DNA of 43,066 nt, from IMG/VR virus record IMGVR_UViG_3300028831_000453, positions 1-43,066 of that record; one strand, given 5' to 3'. The notes under the pieces were generated by a model that did not search any database, was not told where the DNA came from, and saw only the letters and a program-made list of their open reading frames with translations. Below, piece after piece: positions 1-8,454 of this stretch. A program made the translations under genes and the position numbers. How positions within the stretch are numbered: position 1 is the stretch's first letter; each line of letters begins with the position of its first letter. This DNA is from a virus.

Positions 1-58
1 GTGTGCTGATGACGCTCCTGGTCGGCATGCTTGGGCTGGGCGGGATGCGCACCGTAGA
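1..58. repeat. Terminal overlap copy A: 58 nt identical to 43009..43066 (circular or circularly permuted assembly)
   Basis: Read directly: gtgtgctgatgacgctcctggtcggcatgcttgggctgggcgggatgcgcaccgtaga occurs at both window ends, and an ORF is continuous across the join. Confidence 0.95.
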
Positions 59-92
59 GAAACTCTCGGGAGCGGAGGGCAGACATGGGTAA
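1..92 (+). CDS. Holin, 3-prime end (continuation of 42687..43066 across the circular junction; nt 1..58 duplicate 43009..43066)
   Basis: The frame carried over from 42687 reads ..SVLMTLLVGMLGLGGMRTVEKLSGAEGRHG then TAA at 90..92. The joined product is 137 aa. Confidence 0.8.
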   Translation, partial: VLMTLLVGMLGLGGMRTVEKLSGAEGRHG

Positions 93-321
93 GCAAGCGA
101 ATGGTCCCGACTCGCCGGTCACCGGCCGCCGGACGCGCGTCGGCACGCCCGGCTCGATGAACGCCCCGCTCGACACCGAAGTGCAGAGCACGGGCATGAT
201 CCAGCCCGGCGCCCACCCGGAGTTCGAGCAGCCGACGCCGCTCGACAACGCGGAGAGCTTCTTCGGGCGCGCCTACAGCGGCGCTCTCAAGACCCTGAAG
301 CGGATCGGCGGTCGCAAGTAG
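85..321 (+). CDS. Hypothetical protein (78 aa)
   Basis: The ATG overlaps the holin stop (ATGGGTAA). This frame has strong G/C third-position bias. No domain recognised. Confidence 0.6.
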   Translation: MGKQANGPDSPVTGRRTRVGTPGSMNAPLDTEVQSTGMIQPGAHPEFEQPTPLDNAESFFGRAYSGALKTLKRIGGRK

Positions 322-347
322 TCCGCCCCTTATCCCAGGAGATCAAT

Positions 348-581
348 GTGCGCGCTCGTCGCAGCCCCACCGGAGCATCACTTGCCCGCAAGGCCGTCGC
401 CAACAAGATCAGCAGCCAGGCCGATGCCGACTTCGAATCGCCGGTCCCCGCTGTCAGCCCCCAGTCCCTCGGGAGCGGCGACAATCCCGCGCTCAAGTCC
501 GGCGGCTCCGGCCGCAAGGGGCCGAAGGGACTCGGCGTGGGACTCAAGAAGGGATCGACCGGCGCTGGCGGTCGGCACTAG
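348..581 (+). CDS. Hypothetical Gly/Lys/Ser-rich protein (77 aa)
   Basis: GTG start 6 nt after AGGAG, in a GC3-rich frame. The competing frame 346..708 is an Arg/Ser/Pro-rich shadow. Confidence 0.5.
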   Translation: MRARRSPTGASLARKAVANKISSQADADFESPVPAVSPQSLGSGDNPALKSGGSGRKGPKGLGVGLKKGSTGAGGRH

Positions 582-590
582 GAGGTATAT

Positions 591-1166
591 ATGCGCCTTC
601 CACGCACACTGTCCCAAATCCCCCTGCTCGCGCTGCTGCTCGCAGCGCCGGCTGACGCGGTCACGCTCTCGAACGTCCACTGGCAGCAGACGCCGTTCGC
701 GCTCGTGATGAAGGCCGACGTGCGGGACGCGCCGCAGCAGGGGCTCAATCAGGCCGGCGGCTGGACGTTCACGCTCGCGCTCGGCGATCACGGTCCCAAC
801 ACGGCCGACGCGCACTGGCTGATCATGGACCGCGCGCAGCCGGAGCACGGGTTTGGCGGCGTCCTCGAAGTCTATGACCAGTACACCAACACCAATCCGA
901 TGGACGTGGGACATGCGGCGGTGTCGTTCCAGGTGCTGACCGTCGCGCTGCCCGTCGCGCTGGTCGGCACACCGGCGCACGTCTTCTGGTGGCTCGTGGC
1001 GACGGACATCACGCCCGCCAGTTCGGACGGCTGCTGTGCGCAGGCGCGCGAAGGGTGCGGGTGCCAGCCCGTGTATCCGCCGTTCGCGCTCAGCGGGGAC
1101 TCGGATGTGACGCCGCTCAGTCGGCCGGCGCGGGCGAAGGCTTCGGCGCGGGGACGGTGGCGCTGA
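591..1166 (+). CDS. Secreted protein with Sec-type signal peptide (191 aa), function unknown
   Basis: AGGAGG lies 6 nt upstream of the ATG. The N-terminus MRLPRTLSQIPLLALLLAAPADA-VTL has a basic n-region, a Leu/Ala core and an A-x-A cleavage site. Confidence 0.65.
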   Translation: MRLPRTLSQIPLLALLLAAPADAVTLSNVHWQQTPFALVMKADVRDAPQQGLNQAGGWTFTLALGDHGPNTADAHWLIMDRAQPEHGFGGVLEVYDQYTNTNPMDVGHAAVSFQVLTVALPVALVGTPAHVFWWLVATDITPASSDGCCAQAREGCGCQPVYPPFALSGDSDVTPLSRPARAKASARGRWR

Positions 1167-1350
1167 GCGCGTCGATCTTCCGGATCAGCAGGTCGCGGCG
1201 CAGCATCTCGATCTCACGCATCAGGTTGCGGATGTGTCGCGCGTTCAACTCGGCGTCGCTCCGCGCCGCCTCCTCACACTCCATGTGGTGGACGATCAGC
1301 CAGATGATGACAAACGCTTCGATCAGCGCGAAGATCGCCCACCCGTTCAC
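1117..1350 (-). CDS. Membrane-anchored coiled-coil protein (77 aa), i-spanin-like or lysis-accessory topology
   Basis: GTG start overlaps the endolysin stop (GTGA at 1347..1350). TM helix WAIFALIEAFVIIWLIV is followed by a charged helical segment (ELNARHIRNLMREIEMLRRDLLIRKIDAL) and a Pro-rich tail. Confidence 0.55.
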   Translation of the reverse strand: MNGWAIFALIEAFVIIWLIVHHMECEEAARSDAELNARHIRNLMREIEMLRRDLLIRKIDALSATVPAPKPSPAPAD

Positions 1351-1868
1351 GCAGCGCCTCCGTCGAGAAAGTCCGCGCACCGATCGAGCCACCCGGCCGC
1401 GAACCGCGCCTGGCTGGGATCGCGCTCGATCAGCCGCCCGTAGAATCTGACTCGCCCCGCCAGCACCCGCTCGAAGACGTGGTTCTCCGGCGTCGTCACA
1501 TTCAGGGCCGCGAGCGTCAGCGGCCCGAGCACGCCATCGCCCGCGAGGCCGAGCGCCCGCTGGATGATGAGCGTCCCGCCGCGCAGTCCGTGGTTGACGA
1601 GGATATCAACCGCCAGCGCTTGCACCTTCTCGTCCGCGACGCGCGTCAGGCCGGTCGCGAGCAGGTACTTTTGGCGCAGGATGGCGCGAGCGTCGTCCTC
1701 GCTGAGCGCCTCGACAGCCGCCGCGTCGAGATTGGCGTCGTGGCGCCACTCGCGCAGCACGTCGAGCGTGACGCCGAACTTGGTCGGCCCCCCGCGATCG
1801 GTCGGATCGTCCGTGAACGCGCGCCCCTCGCGCGCTATCAAGTCGTCTATGATCTGGTCGGCGGTCAT
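1347..1868 (-). CDS. Endolysin, glycoside hydrolase family 108 N-terminal domain plus PG_binding_3 C-terminal domain (173 aa)
   Basis: EGRAFTDDPTDRGGPTKFGVT matches the GH108 signature (EGG..DP.D.GG.T..GIT). ALGLAGDGVLGPLTLAALN matches the PG_binding_3 DG..GP.T..AL motif. ATG at 1868 overlaps the upstream stop (ATGA). Confidence 0.85.
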   Translation of the reverse strand: MTADQIIDDLIAREGRAFTDDPTDRGGPTKFGVTLDVLREWRHDANLDAAAVEALSEDDARAILRQKYLLATGLTRVADEKVQALAVDILVNHGLRGGTLIIQRALGLAGDGVLGPLTLAALNVTTPENHVFERVLAGRVRFYGRLIERDPSQARFAAGWLDRCADFLDGGAA

Positions 1869-2152
1869 CGCTCTATCTTTCTGACATGCAAAGTGGTCCA
1901 AGGTGTGTGCTTGCTGGGGAATAAGGGATTATCTCGTGGGCATTCGTAAGCAACCCAGTCGTGCGCGCCTCCCATTCGATATCCAGCACGCGCGCGCATC
2001 AACGCGCCACACTTACAGCGTGGGGCGAGCGTAATATCATCTACGTACTCCATCGGCGCCTGTTTAGCATAACTTTTGCGCGGAACTTCGTCCCATCGGA
2101 TACGCTTGAGCCATGCTCGGCGGATGGCATCGATGATCTGCTCGGCGTTCAC
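1865..2152 (-). CDS. Hypothetical Cys-containing protein (95 aa)
   Basis: GTG at 2152 lies 5 nt after GGAGGAG and overlaps the upstream stop (GTGA). The stop overlaps the endolysin ATG. CKCG...YECP cysteine pairs are present. Locally lower GC. Confidence 0.55.
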   Translation of the reverse strand: MNAEQIIDAIRRAWLKRIRWDEVPRKSYAKQAPMEYVDDITLAPRCKCGALMRARAGYRMGGAHDWVAYECPRDNPLFPSKHTPWTTLHVRKIER

Positions 2153-2340
2153 GGCCGCTCCTCCAAGTCCCTGATCGGTACCATCATCACAATACATGCG
2201 TGCAATGGTCCCATACCTGACTTCAGGAATTCACGCGCGGCACGCTTGGTAAGAAATGCGGCTGGTCTATGCCCTATCCTAGCTACTAGACCTGATGGAT
2301 GCGTCACAACCCACACGACATGATTACGTATCACTCTCAC
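2149..2340 (-). CDS. Hypothetical protein (63 aa)
   Basis: GTG at 2340 overlaps the DNA polymerase stop (GTGA). Sits in the lower-GC segment. No domain recognised. Confidence 0.5.
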   Translation of the reverse strand: MRVIRNHVVWVVTHPSGLVARIGHRPAAFLTKRAAREFLKSGMGPLHACIVMMVPIRDLEERP

Positions 2341-4859
2341 GCGACGACCTCCATCTCAGCCCAATTCGAGCCGCGCTTGACGTTCACCGGGGCGCGGAAT
2401 CCCGCACCGACCTGCGGCCACTCGGCGCTCATGATCTCGCGCAGCGCCTCCACGGCCTGCGACGCTCGCAGCGGCGGCGCTTCCACGAGGAAGCTGTCGT
2501 GGACGAGCGTCAGCAGGCTCGCGCCCAGCGGCGTCAGCGCCGCCTCCAGCCGGGGCAGCACGACGGTCGCGATACTCGCGTTGACCGACTGCGGGTGGAA
2601 GTTGGCGGCCTTCGCCGCGTCCCGCGCGCCGCCGGGGAAGGGCGCCCACTTGCCGAAGCAGTTGCGCAGCTCTCGCGTGCGCTGCGCCTGCGCGACGACC
2701 TCCCGCCGCCAGCCGGCCCAGCGCCAATACCGCTCGAACAGCCGCCGCTGGAACTGCTGGCACTCACTGTAAGATATTTGGACACCCTCGGCGCGGAACT
2801 TGGCGTGCAGCAAGCGCGGGGAGCCGAGGTAGGCCGACAGGTAGAGACCGACCTTGGCGACCTTGCGGGTGCAGCCGATGGCGGCCGCGACCTGGCCCGC
2901 GACGCCGCTCCCGTGGACCGGGTGCTCGGCGGCATCAAGATCGGCCGCGAGCTGCGCGTCGCCCGACAGCGCAGCTATCAGCCGCAGCTCCATCTGATTC
3001 CAGTCCGCTTCCAGCAGCACGTTGCCCGGTGTGTGGGGCACGAACAGGCGCCGCGCCGTGCGCGGCTGCTGCTGGATGTTTGGGTCGCGCGCGGTCCACC
3101 GACCGCTGTATGCGATCCCCTTACCAACCGAGTCGTCCTCGTCCTTGGCGCCGGGCAGGTAGCTCGGGTGCACGCAGCCATCGCTGCCGACCTCCAGATC
3201 GGCGTAGGTGCTGATGAGCTTCGAGACGGCGCGCAGCTTCAAGAGCGTGTCGATGCGCCGCACCATGCCGACCGCCAGCGATGCCGCCAGCTGGACGCGG
3301 CTCGTCGCGCCGTCCAGCTCACCGGCAGCCATCGCCTCCTCGGCGCGATGCTTGGCGCTCAGCAGCGTGTCCTCGTCGGCGGCGTCGAGCCCCAGCAGCT
3401 CGCGCACCTGTGCGCTGCTGGCGGGATTGACCGTCGGCTCCAGCCGCACCCACTCGGCAGCGAGTCCCGACGCCTGCTGCTCCAACTCAGAGCGCCACAC
3501 CGGCAGGTGCTGCATATCCACCCGCAGCCCGCGCTCGCTCATGCCGATCAGCGTTCGCACAGCGGGCATCACGCTCTCGCGGAACCACGCAAGCTGCCCG
3601 GTGCGCGTCAGTTCGCGTTCGAGGGGCGGCCGGATGTCCCAGGTGCGCCGCACATCGAGCGCGTTGTAGAGCGCCGGCCGGTCGTCCGCCAGGTGCTTGT
3701 GGCGCTCCGCGTCCAGGAACAGGCTGATCGCCCAGTTGAGCCCCTTGCGGCCGTCGGGCTGCACCATGTAGGTCGCGAGCATCGTGTCGAAGATCGCGCC
3801 GCTGATCGGGGCGCCGGCTCGGCGCAGCCGGGGCTCGTCGAAGCCGGCGTTGTGGATGACGATCTCGCGCCCGCTGCCCAGCAGGGCTGGGACGGCGTCC
3901 TGTCCTAGCCAAGGGATCGACCAGGTGCGATGCTCATCCGCCATGCCGACGCGCACAATCTCACCGCCGCCATCGGTCTCGATATCGACCGCGAGCGGTC
4001 CGTCGCCCGCGAAGATCGTCGGCGCCTCGTCGAACGCGACACTCGCGAGCCGCAGCTCCCCGCGCAGCGCCCGGCCGACGCGGCGCAGGTCGCTCATCAG
4101 GACCGGCGCTAGCGCGTAGCCGCTCATCAGCACGGCGCTCGGGTGGATCGTCGGCAGTATCCAGCGGGCGGCGGCGAGTGTCGCGGCCGCCGGCGGCAGC
4201 GCGACCTTGCGGTTGACAATCCGAGCGACCTCACCGGCACGTGCCGCCAGGCCGCTGCCCTTGCAGATCGGACACTCGGCGTCGATCGTTCGGCTGCGCA
4301 CCCTTCGGCGACCCCCTCGGGGACCGACCTCCTCGCGCACGCTCGTCGTCACGCACTTACAGCGCACGTCGTGCTTCCGATAGACGGGCATCGGCTGCTT
4401 GACGACGATCTCGCTCCGCAGTCCCGAGGGCTGGACGACGTAGCCGCGCCACGATTCGATGGACCGGAGGCCGGTGGCGGCCTCCAGCGCGGGGCCGCCC
4501 AAGATCAGGACCGTGTGCGCCGTCGAGCGGCCGACCAGCTTGTAGTATTGCTCGCGCCACCGCGCGGACTGGCGCGGCGTGATGATCTCCGCGCGCCCGA
4601 CCTTCGAGCGACCCTCGGGCAGCTCGCCGATCGTGTTGACGATGTAGCACTGGTCCCTCGACCACCCGGCGCTCGCCGCGAACTGCCACAGCAGCCGCCC
4701 GGCAGGCCCCACGAGGGGCCTGCCCTGCGACATCTCCTCGCGCCCCGGCGATTGCGCCAGCACCAGCAGCGGCGCATCCGGCCGCCCATCATTCATGGGA
4801 CTCGTGAGCGGCACACCTGGCGGCGCGGCGCTAGCGGCGCTTTCGACCGTCTGCGTCAT
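2337..4859 (-). CDS. Family-A DNA polymerase with 3-5 exonuclease domain and N-terminal uracil-DNA-glycosylase-like (family 4 type) domain (840 aa)
   Basis: UDG-like motifs LVLAQSPGREE..GRPLVGPAGRLL and ILPTIHPS. Exo motifs LAVDIETDG, HNAGFDEPRL, YNALDV. Pol motifs DPNIQQQP, EADWNQMELRLIA (A), RKVAKVGLYLSAYLG (B), LVHDSFLVE (C). Start chosen at ATG 4859 (GGGAGGGG 6 nt upstream); the ORF stays open to 4925. Confidence 0.9.
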   Translation of the reverse strand: MTQTVESAASAAPPGVPLTSPMNDGRPDAPLLVLAQSPGREEMSQGRPLVGPAGRLLWQFAASAGWSRDQCYIVNTIGELPEGRSKVGRAEIITPRQSARWREQYYKLVGRSTAHTVLILGGPALEAATGLRSIESWRGYVVQPSGLRSEIVVKQPMPVYRKHDVRCKCVTTSVREEVGPRGGRRRVRSRTIDAECPICKGSGLAARAGEVARIVNRKVALPPAAATLAAARWILPTIHPSAVLMSGYALAPVLMSDLRRVGRALRGELRLASVAFDEAPTIFAGDGPLAVDIETDGGGEIVRVGMADEHRTWSIPWLGQDAVPALLGSGREIVIHNAGFDEPRLRRAGAPISGAIFDTMLATYMVQPDGRKGLNWAISLFLDAERHKHLADDRPALYNALDVRRTWDIRPPLERELTRTGQLAWFRESVMPAVRTLIGMSERGLRVDMQHLPVWRSELEQQASGLAAEWVRLEPTVNPASSAQVRELLGLDAADEDTLLSAKHRAEEAMAAGELDGATSRVQLAASLAVGMVRRIDTLLKLRAVSKLISTYADLEVGSDGCVHPSYLPGAKDEDDSVGKGIAYSGRWTARDPNIQQQPRTARRLFVPHTPGNVLLEADWNQMELRLIAALSGDAQLAADLDAAEHPVHGSGVAGQVAAAIGCTRKVAKVGLYLSAYLGSPRLLHAKFRAEGVQISYSECQQFQRRLFERYWRWAGWRREVVAQAQRTRELRNCFGKWAPFPGGARDAAKAANFHPQSVNASIATVVLPRLEAALTPLGASLLTLVHDSFLVEAPPLRASQAVEALREIMSAEWPQVGAGFRAPVNVKRGSNWAEMEVVA

Positions 4860-5193
4860 CGCTTCCCCTCCCTGTGAAATCGCGACTGTAGGGCCGCCAG
4901 CGCATGTAGCGCTTGGCGAGGACACTCGCCAGCACCTCGCGGCCCTCCTCGTCGATCAGCGTGAAATCTTCCCAGCGCGTAGCCGCCACCTGGCAGGTTG
5001 CGCACATCGTCTCCATGACGCCGATCTTGACGCCGCACTGCCGGCAGCGGCCGCGCTCCGAGCGCTTCCAGCGCTCCAGCCCGAGCCGACCGCTCTCGAT
5101 GCGGGTGCTGACGCGCTTGCCGTCCCTGCCGACCCGATCGACGGCGCCGTTCGTCGCGGCCGGATCAGCTTTCGGCGGGCGGGGCTTCGGCAA
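4831..5193 (-). CDS. Hypothetical zinc-ribbon protein (120 aa)
   Basis: TTG start with GGAG upstream, in a GC3-rich frame. CRQCG...CATC cysteine pairs. Overlaps both neighbours by 29 nt, so the start and the end of the coding part are uncertain. Confidence 0.5.
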   Translation of the reverse strand: MPKPRPPKADPAATNGAVDRVGRDGKRVSTRIESGRLGLERWKRSERGRCRQCGVKIGVMETMCATCQVAATRWEDFTLIDEEGREVLASVLAKRYMRWRPYSRDFTGRGSDDADGRKRR

Positions 5194-5719
5194 CAGCCGG
5201 CTCCGGCGGCGCGGCGGTGGTCGTGGCCCTCTTCGGGCGGCGCGGCTTGCGCGGCACGAGCTGCGCCCTCACGTCCCGCACGCGCTCCCGCAGGTCCCGC
5301 GCGATCGCGGCGGCCACGAGCTTGCCGAGCTTCCCGCGCTCCGCGTCGCTGAGCGTGAAGCTCGCATCGCGCCACACGCCAGCGCCGGTGTCGAGTCGCA
5401 CGTAGTCGGGCGGCAGGTCGAGCGCCGGCAGCTCGAAGCGCACTTCGGACGACGGTCGGTTGGATGTGGCTGCGATTGCGCCGTTGACCGCGTCCGCGAT
5501 CTCCGCGAGTGACGCCCGTCGAGTCGGCGCAGCGGGCGCCGCTTCCGGCGGTTTGAGGGCACTCCCCGACGGCAGCGTCGTCCGGCTCATGCCCAGCTCG
5601 GCCGGCCACTCGGGTACGATCTCGCGCCCCGACTCGTCCACGTAGCCCGCCGTCAACGGGCCGCTGTCGCGTCCCTCCATGCGGTTCACCGCAGCGATCA
5701 GTTCCAGCGGACTGGTCAT
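5165..5719 (-). CDS. Hypothetical protein (184 aa), Pro/Ala-rich C-terminus
   Basis: ATG at 5719 overlaps the upstream stop (ATGA). GC3-rich frame. No domain recognised. Confidence 0.65.
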   Translation of the reverse strand: MTSPLELIAAVNRMEGRDSGPLTAGYVDESGREIVPEWPAELGMSRTTLPSGSALKPPEAAPAAPTRRASLAEIADAVNGAIAATSNRPSSEVRFELPALDLPPDYVRLDTGAGVWRDASFTLSDAERGKLGKLVAAAIARDLRERVRDVRAQLVPRKPRRPKRATTTAAPPEPAVAEAPPAES

Positions 5720-5931
5720 GGCGCCTCCTGCTGTCGCCCGACCTCCGCGAGCGCCCGCATCGCTACGCGGCACCGCTCCTGCTCCAGCTCCTTCTCACGA
5801 ACGCGCTTCAGCAACTCCTGCCGCTGGCGTTCGAGGGTCTCAATCCGCCGCTCCAGTGCGCGCTGTGCCATCTGGCCTCCCTTCATGACGCTGCCCGCAA
5901 CGACTTCGGGCGCAAGTTCATCGATCACCAT
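5716..5931 (-). CDS. Small coiled-coil protein (71 aa)
   Basis: ATG at 5931 lies 6 nt after GGGAGG. Charged heptad-like sequence QRALERRIETLERQRQELLKRVREKELEQER. Confidence 0.6.
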   Translation of the reverse strand: MVIDELAPEVVAGSVMKGGQMAQRALERRIETLERQRQELLKRVREKELEQERCRVAMRALAEVGRQQEAP

Positions 5932-5959
5932 GACGACCTCCCGAGTTCGCGGCGCGAAC

Positions 5960-6460
5960 TCACTTGGGCTTGCTGAAGCCATTGATGTTGAAGCGCTTCG
6001 TGGAACCGGGATCGCTCTCGTCGTCACGCTTGATCGAGATGCGCGCGAGGATCGGACCGCCCGCCACGAGATCGGGATTCATGCCGTTGAAGCTCGCGAT
6101 CAGCCGCCCGTCCACCGGGAGGCCGATCGACCGCGCCAGTTCGGTCACGATGCGCAGGTTCATCTTCGTCCCGGCGTCCACCGCCAGCTGATGCCGATCC
6201 CTCAAGCTATCTTTCGTCAGAAAGAAGCTGTGCTTGAAGGTCTTGGTCGCGTTCTGCGGCGAGCCGTTGTCGGCGACCTTGAAGGCGACCTCGATGATGG
6301 TCTTCTTGCCGTCCTTGGTCGCAGTGACCTGCGACCCCTGGACGAGGAGGACCTCGTTCCACTTGCCGACATCGCCGCCGCTCGGCACCTCCAGGGGGAT
6401 GTTGCTCGTCGCTTCCTCGAGCACGTCGAGGGGGATCATTAGATAATCGTCGTTGCTCAC
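5960..6460 (-). CDS. DUF669-like protein, candidate single-stranded DNA-binding protein (166 aa)
   Basis: GTG at 6460 follows GGAGG. Size, position next to an AAA_24 ATPase and general sequence character resemble the DUF669 family of phage replication modules. Not verified by search. Confidence 0.6.
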   Translation of the reverse strand: MSNDDYLMIPLDVLEEATSNIPLEVPSGGDVGKWNEVLLVQGSQVTATKDGKKTIIEVAFKVADNGSPQNATKTFKHSFFLTKDSLRDRHQLAVDAGTKMNLRIVTELARSIGLPVDGRLIASFNGMNPDLVAGGPILARISIKRDDESDPGSTKRFNINGFSKPK

Positions 6461-6461
6461 G

Positions 6462-6647
6462 CTAAACCTCCGAGTTTGTACTTGCTACCGCTGCGCGGCG
6501 TCGGATTTCCTCCACCACGATTTGAAATGCCTCAGTCCATAGGGCCGACTGCATACGTAGATATTCCTCTACCTCTCGAAGCTGGCGATCCGGTATGTTT
6601 CTCGCGCCATCAATCCCGCCAATGAGTTCTACCGGTGAAGGGCTCAT
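6462..6647 (-). CDS. Hypothetical protein (61 aa)
   Basis: ATG at 6647 overlaps the upstream stop (ATGA). Lower-GC segment. Confidence 0.55.
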   Translation of the reverse strand: MSPSPVELIGGIDGARNIPDRQLREVEEYLRMQSALWTEAFQIVVEEIRRRAAVASTNSEV

Positions 6648-7471
6648 ACCGCTACCGCTGCCGCTGCCGGCGCCGCGCTCGGCGCGCCGGTCGTCTTATC
6701 AAACTCCCGCCAAAAGTGTACGGGATCGGGCTGAAGCTCGACGCGCGTCATCGGATTGACGAGGCTGTCGGTCGGCATCTTGGCGTCCCAAAATCCATAT
6801 GGCTGGGTGTGCGCGTAATACTTACCTCCTTCCGTGCGCAGGTAAACGACGACATCGAACTCGCCGCTGATCGCCTTCGAGAAGTTCATGTTGACGGTCA
6901 GTGGGCCGCCATAGAGACCGCCGGGTGCACCGGAGGGCGGCTCCTTCCAGTCGCTCCAGAACAGCGCCAGAACGTTGAGGGGGTGCGCTGCGATCTTGCG
7001 GACGATGTTCGCCATCAGCGTGTGGGCGATGCCATAATGATTCTCCGTGGTCATGCGTACCGCGTACTGGCCGCTGCCCGCGACCTGCACGTTGCCGTAA
7101 GCGGGATTGTTGGCGGCGGCCTGCAAGATTTGGCGCGCCAGGCTCGTGAGCGTGTCGAGGATGATGGTGCGGCAGCCGGGGAACTCGCTGGACCAGTCGC
7201 GATCCAGCACTTGCATCGCGAATGTGTAGGGATCATGCGTCGGGCCATCATCGGGCACCGCCGGGATCAGGTGCTCCCGATTGGCCGGGAGCACGCCGAG
7301 CATCTTGTACTCTTTGATGTCGAACGGGACGAACGCGGCGCGCGTGCCCCATCGGCCTTCATCGCCCCACGGTAGCGCGGTGAACAATCGGGTCTTGCCG
7401 CAGCCGGGATTGCTGTGCGCCAGCACCTTGACGCCGCGCTGCTGCGCCTCTGCCGGAGTTAGTATCTTCAT
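6644..7471 (-). CDS. AAA_24 / Sak4-like RecA-fold ATPase (275 aa)
   Basis: Walker A HSNPGCGKT and Walker B-like TIILDTLT. Typical neighbourhood with a PD-(D/E)XK nuclease and a DUF669-like gene. ATG overlaps the nuclease stop (ATGA). Confidence 0.8.
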   Translation of the reverse strand: MKILTPAEAQQRGVKVLAHSNPGCGKTRLFTALPWGDEGRWGTRAAFVPFDIKEYKMLGVLPANREHLIPAVPDDGPTHDPYTFAMQVLDRDWSSEFPGCRTIILDTLTSLARQILQAAANNPAYGNVQVAGSGQYAVRMTTENHYGIAHTLMANIVRKIAAHPLNVLALFWSDWKEPPSGAPGGLYGGPLTVNMNFSKAISGEFDVVVYLRTEGGKYYAHTQPYGFWDAKMPTDSLVNPMTRVELQPDPVHFWREFDKTTGAPSAAPAAAAVAV

Positions 7472-8454
7472 GTCGCGGCCTCCAAGTCAGTGTAGCGGTC
7501 CTCGACCGTCACGAACTCCTCATCCGCCAGCTTGCGCCCGCCCCAGCACACTCCGAAATATTGACAGCGCCAGTTCCAGCTGACGCAGCTGCGGCGGTTG
7601 GGGATAAGGTAGCTAGGACCGCCAGGATTTCGAGCGCGTGAGACAGTCTCGCCCTCCTCCTCCTCCGCAATCTCGTGGATCAGCACCTTGATCTCGTGCA
7701 TCGCCTGCTCAACCTCCGACTGGCCGCGCGCGAGCGGCACGATCACGAGCGGTTCCTCGCCGTTCGCGATCTGCCGCGCGCTCAGCTTGCGCCAGGCACC
7801 CAGGAGGGTGCCCGCCAGCGGCTCCCCGCAGCGCTGCTGGAGCATCCACTGGTACGCCGCCTCGTGCCACGACACGCGCACCTCGTCGAACAGCACATCC
7901 AGTGGCCGGCTGCCCGCGACGGTCTTCCACTGGAGCGAGTACAGCCGCCCGGTCTCGCGGTTGCGCACGACGCCGTCGGGCGTTCCGACCAGCTCGTGCT
8001 CGCCCAACCGTGCCGCGAGGGGCGCTTCGAGCGCCAGCACCTCCCAGCCCGCGAGCGCTGCCGGCAGCTCGCGCGCGCCCTCGCGCATGCGCTGCTGGAG
8101 GTCGTTCACAGCGCCCAGCCCAGCGGGCGGATCGGCCAGCGGCCGGTCCCCACCCATCCCCGCCCCCCACTCCGCGCTCGGCGCCGCCCGCGAGATCGGC
8201 AGATCGGCGGTCTCGGTGGCGATCGCGTTCGTTGCGGGGAGGGAGCGCGTTTCCGCGCGACCAGCGCCCCACCCCACCCCATAACCACCCTCCGCTCGCA
8301 CAAGTGGCCGCAGCGCCGCCTCCGCAACCGCATGCCAATAGCTCCCGTCCGCGAGCGCCTCGCCCGCCGGCCTGGCGCGCCGCTCCACAAACTTATTCCA
8401 GTAGCTGCGCGGGCAGAACTTCCACTCCAGGATTGCACTCACGTTAATCCGCAT
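7468..8454 (-). CDS. PD-(D/E)XK nuclease, Cas4/RecB-like with Fe-S cysteine set (328 aa)
   Basis: N-terminal WKFCPRSYW plus C-terminal CVSWNWRCQYFGVC gives a 1+3 cysteine pattern. GTPDGVV ... LQWKT is a nuclease-core-like motif. Start ATG 8454 lies 5 nt after GAGGTGG. Confidence 0.75.
   Translation of the reverse strand: MRINVSAILEWKFCPRSYWNKFVERRARPAGEALADGSYWHAVAEAALRPLVRAEGGYGVGWGAGRAETRSLPATNAIATETADLPISRAAPSAEWGAGMGGDRPLADPPAGLGAVNDLQQRMREGARELPAALAGWEVLALEAPLAARLGEHELVGTPDGVVRNRETGRLYSLQWKTVAGSRPLDVLFDEVRVSWHEAAYQWMLQQRCGEPLAGTLLGAWRKLSARQIANGEEPLVIVPLARGQSEVEQAMHEIKVLIHEIAEEEEGETVSRARNPGGPSYLIPNRRSCVSWNWRCQYFGVCWGGRKLADEEFVTVEDRYTDLEAAT

Noticed and set aside
1117-1350. Search for an embedded Rz1-like lipoprotein ORF inside the TM coiled-coil gene downstream of the endolysin
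   Set aside because: I translated the two alternative minus-strand frames by hand. Both hit stops quickly and neither has a lipobox.
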